Positions 37,204 to 40,000 of a stretch of DNA of 40,000 nucleotides are shown one piece after another (the stretch's first letter is position 1; the number at the start of each line of letters is the position of its first letter). The position numbers and the translations under genes are program-made. Source of the DNA: Undibacterium sp. Ji22W (GTDB taxonomy: Bacteria > Pseudomonadota > Gammaproteobacteria > Burkholderiales > Burkholderiaceae_D); the NCBI RefSeq assembly GCF_049340305.1, contig NZ_JBMPOU010000001.1:631511-671510 (forward strand), read 5' to 3'. Under the pieces are notes generated by a model. The model worked only from the letters and a program-made list of their open reading frames with translations, was not told the DNA's origin and searched no databases.

Positions 37204-37487
37204 CGTTAGGCTGACGAATTTTTTTGATTGGTTTGCGTTTAGAGCGTATTTCTAGACTACAATCGGGCATCTACTAAATTGATCGACTGTTTTGACTGAC
37301 TTATATTGGTTGCTCGCGAATTGGCGACCCGAGAACAAGTTGGCTGCAGACTGATCCACCAGGCGCACATCGATGATTCGTGCTGCGCAATGTCCTACAA
37401 GACTAGACTGGTTGGGATAATAATTATCCCGAGTGCTTCACTGAATACTTCTTAAGATCAACACAACCTGTTAGCTAAAGAGTTTGC

Positions 37488-38480
37488 ATGAATACTGCAG
37501 ATGCCAAGCGTGTACTCGAAACCGCATTGTTATGCGCACATGAGCCGCTGACCATTAATACAATGAAAAAATTGTTTGTTGATAGTAGTGATCAAGAAGA
37601 TTTGGTCGGTGCTGATACGATCAAATTAATGCTGGAAGAAGTGCGTCAAGATTGGTCGGATAAAGGAATTATGTTGGTTTCCTTATCGACCGGTTGGCGC
37701 TTTCAAAGTCGCCCTGAGATGCGTGCTTTCATTGATCGTTTGAACCCAGAAAAGCCGCCCAAATACTCACGTGCGACCTTGGAGACTTTAGCGATCATTG
37801 CTTATCGTCAGCCAGTGACGCGTGGTGATATTGAAGAAATACGCGGTGTTGCAGTGGCCTCGCAAATGGTAAAGACGCTTGAAGACCGTGGATGGATAGA
37901 AACCATTGGTCATCGTGAAGTGCCGGGGCGACCAGCTTTGTTTGCGACGACCAAGCAATTCTTAAGTGATTTGGGTTTGGCATCGCTTGATCAATTGCCA
38001 CCTTTGCAGCAGATTGGTCAAGAAGAGGCTGAGGACGGGCTTCCTTCTCAAGATGACTCTCCAGAATTGAATATGTTCGACGGGATTGAGGCTTTGGTTG
38101 AGGTTGCTGATGCGCCTGTGGTGAATGTTGACACGCTTGGTGATGATTTGCTTTCTAATGTTGATGTAGATGGCGAGCTTGAGGTCGAGGTTTCTCAAGA
38201 AGATGTTATTGCGGTTGTCGTTGAAAATAATACGATTGAAATAGTTGAAGATGAAATTAAAGTAAATGCGCTAATAAGTGTGCAAATAAGTGCGCAAGAA
38301 GAATTGAGTGATGTTGTAGCGGAAGGCAATGCTGCAGATGCTCTAGAAAAAGAAGCAGCCAGTGATGTGATCTTGGATGATGTTGCAATGATGGCTGATA
38401 CGAATATAGATGAAGTAGTGGAAGCAGATGCTGAAGCTCTAACACCTTTCAAACCAGAATCAGATAATGAACACAAATAA
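37488..38480 (+). CDS. scpB: SMC-Scp complex subunit ScpB with a roughly 150-aa acidic C-terminal extension
   Basis: [54 protein letters not shown] and [13 protein letters not shown] are ScpB winged-helix motifs. The tail is D/E/V-rich. Confidence 0.88.
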   Translation: MNTADAKRVLETALLCAHEPLTINTMKKLFVDSSDQEDLVGADTIKLMLEEVRQDWSDKGIMLVSLSTGWRFQSRPEMRAFIDRLNPEKPPKYSRATLETLAIIAYRQPVTRGDIEEIRGVAVASQMVKTLEDRGWIETIGHREVPGRPALFATTKQFLSDLGLASLDQLPPLQQIGQEEAEDGLPSQDDSPELNMFDGIEALVEVADAPVVNVDTLGDDLLSNVDVDGELEVEVSQEDVIAVVVENNTIEIVEDEIKVNALISVQISAQEELSDVVAEGNAADALEKEAASDVILDDVAMMADTNIDEVVEADAEALTPFKPESDNEHK

Positions 38481-40000
38481 TCCAGACGATACTTCTAGCC
38501 AGCAAAATCCTGGTGCTGAAACCGACGCACCGCGTGCTCGTGCAAAACGCGTTGCACGTCCAAAAGTCGCAAAGACCGATGATGCAACTGCCGATGCTGT
38601 AAATGCGGTGAGTGACGGCGCGCCAGCTGTTAAAGCGCCACGTGCACCGCGCAAGCCTAGATTGAAGCCAGAAGCAGACAGTGCTGAAGTGGTTCAAGCA
38701 TCAGCTTTTGCAGAGCGGTCAGCGCCTGCTGCCAGAGCGCCGCGTCAAGAGCGTCCGCCACGTCAGCCGCGCGCGCCACGTCAAGTTGAGTCGCGTGAAG
38801 TGAATGCATTGCAGCAAAATGCACCCCAGTTGGAGTCAGCGAATCAAGTTGGTGTTGAAGAGAGTAATGAGCGCCAACGTCGTCCGCAAAGCGATAGAAC
38901 AAATTCCCGTAACGCGAAACCTCGTGATGGGCAGGCGCGCGATGGTCAGCCACGTAATCGTCAACAGGCTAAACCTGGACAAGGTGGTCAAAATCGCAAC
39001 GGCGATCAGCGCAACCAAAATACTCAACGTCGTCCGGGTCAGCAAAATAGTCGTGGCGCAGTACCAGATGCGGATGATGTGTTTTCATTCGTGACTTCTG
39101 ATGCCTATGACGCAGCAGATGATACTCAGCTATTACGCAACGATAAAAATAAGAAGCCGCGCCGTGATTTAACGGCCGATGATGATGCGCCAAAATTGCA
39201 TAAAGTTTTGGCAGAAGCTGGTCTCGGTTCGCGTCGTGATATGGAAGAGTTGATTATTGCTGGTCGCGTTTCCGTCAATGGTGAGCCAGCGCATATTGGT
39301 CAGCGGATCTTGCCGCAAGATCAAGTGCGGATTAACGGAAAACTAATTCAGCGTAAGGTTAGTAAAAAACCGCCACGCGTGCTGATTTACCACAAACCAG
39401 CCGGTGAAATCGTTAGTACTAGTGATCCAGAAGGTCGCGCATCGGTGTTTGATAGTTTGCCGCAAATGAAGGTGGGTAAATGGTTGGCAGTTGGTCGTCT
39501 CGATTACAACACTGAAGGTTTGTTGTTGTTCACCACGTCGGGTGATCTCGCAAACCGCCTGATGCACCCACGTTACGGCATTGAGCGAGAATACGCCGTG
39601 CGTACTTTGGGTGATTTGGAAGAAGGCATGCGTCAAAAACTGTTGGCCGGTGTTGAGCTAGAAGACGGTCTGGCGCAATTCTCCAAAATTTCTGATGGTG
39701 GTGGTGAGGGCGTGAATAAATGGTATCGCGTCATCATTGGAGAGGGCCGAAACCGCGAAGTGCGTCGTATGTTCGAGGCTGTAGGTTTGACTGTGTCGCG
39801 TTTGATTCGTACTCGCTATGGTGTGATGACTTTGCCTTCTGGCTTGAAACGCGGCCGTTGGGATGAGTTAGGCGAGGATGCAGTGCGTAGCTTGCTCAAA
39901 GTTAGTGGTTTGGAAAAAACTGCTGGTGAAAAATCCGAAAAACCTATGGGCAAGCCAAATGGTAATCGCGTGCAAGGTGGCAAAGTGCCACGTAATGTGA
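38467..40000 (+). CDS. rluB: 23S rRNA pseudouridine synthase RluB-like with a long basic/Q-N-rich N-terminal extension; 3' end beyond the window
   Basis: I translated it by hand from the ATG at 38467, which overlaps the scpB end by 14 nt. The frame stays open to 40000. It has an S4 domain ([30 protein letters not shown]) and the catalytic motif [15 protein letters not shown]. It is absent from the ORF track because no stop codon falls in the window. Confidence 0.85.
   Translation, partial: MNTNNPDDTSSQQNPGAETDAPRARAKRVARPKVAKTDDATADAVNAVSDGAPAVKAPRAPRKPRLKPEADSAEVVQASAFAERSAPAARAPRQERPPRQPRAPRQVESREVNALQQNAPQLESANQVGVEESNERQRRPQSDRTNSRNAKPRDGQARDGQPRNRQQAKPGQGGQNRNGDQRNQNTQRRPGQQNSRGAVPDADDVFSFVTSDAYDAADDTQLLRNDKNKKPRRDLTADDDAPKLHKVLAEAGLGSRRDMEELIIAGRVSVNGEPAHIGQRILPQDQVRINGKLIQRKVSKKPPRVLIYHKPAGEIVSTSDPEGRASVFDSLPQMKVGKWLAVGRLDYNTEGLLLFTTSGDLANRLMHPRYGIEREYAVRTLGDLEEGMRQKLLAGVELEDGLAQFSKISDGGGEGVNKWYRVIIGEGRNREVRRMFEAVGLTVSRLIRTRYGVMTLPSGLKRGRWDELGEDAVRSLLKVSGLEKTAGEKSEKPMGKPNGNRVQGGKVPRNV

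Noticed and set aside
38195-39193. Several 60-98-aa minus-strand ORFs across the scpB tail and rluB 5' region.
   Set aside because: They are antisense to two well-supported genes in low-complexity coding DNA, with no RBS or family resemblance.

Overview
The window looks like a betaproteobacterial (Burkholderiales-like) chromosome; that assignment is inferred from protein similarity and gene order only. Most of it is housekeeping. Left to right: ubiV/ubiU (O2-independent ubiquinone synthesis), a 4-hydroxyproline epimerase with a three-subunit dehydrogenase cluster, ltaE, nemR-nemA, gstB-like, a LysE exporter, a TonB-like protein with a long repeat-built coiled coil, yfcH, a DTW/tapT gene, an OPT transporter and groES-groEL. 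After the integron come an ABM-domain protein, a secreted hydrolase, tas, pyrD, bpt-aat, a Nudix gene, initiator tRNA-fMet, scpB and a 3'-truncated rluB. The standout is a complete chromosomal-type integron at about 23.5-30.8 kb, directly upstream of the groESL heat-shock promoter. It has an integron integrase with an intact catalytic set but an in-frame 30-bp tandem duplication, a perfect LexA box over the intI promoter, an attI region, and at least 10 cassettes. The cassettes are bounded by a related family of attC sites that I could delimit by hand. Four cassettes have a 5' hexamer perfectly complementary to their own R'' box, and three more match at 6 of 7 positions. Ten of the eleven cassette ORFs have no family I can recognise, and six carry signal peptides or TM segments. 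The one recognisable cassette is a GC-rich VIT/CCC1 transporter. Several attC sites are decayed and the distal end of the array is unresolved. All calls come from reading the sequence and recalling protein families; no searches were run.
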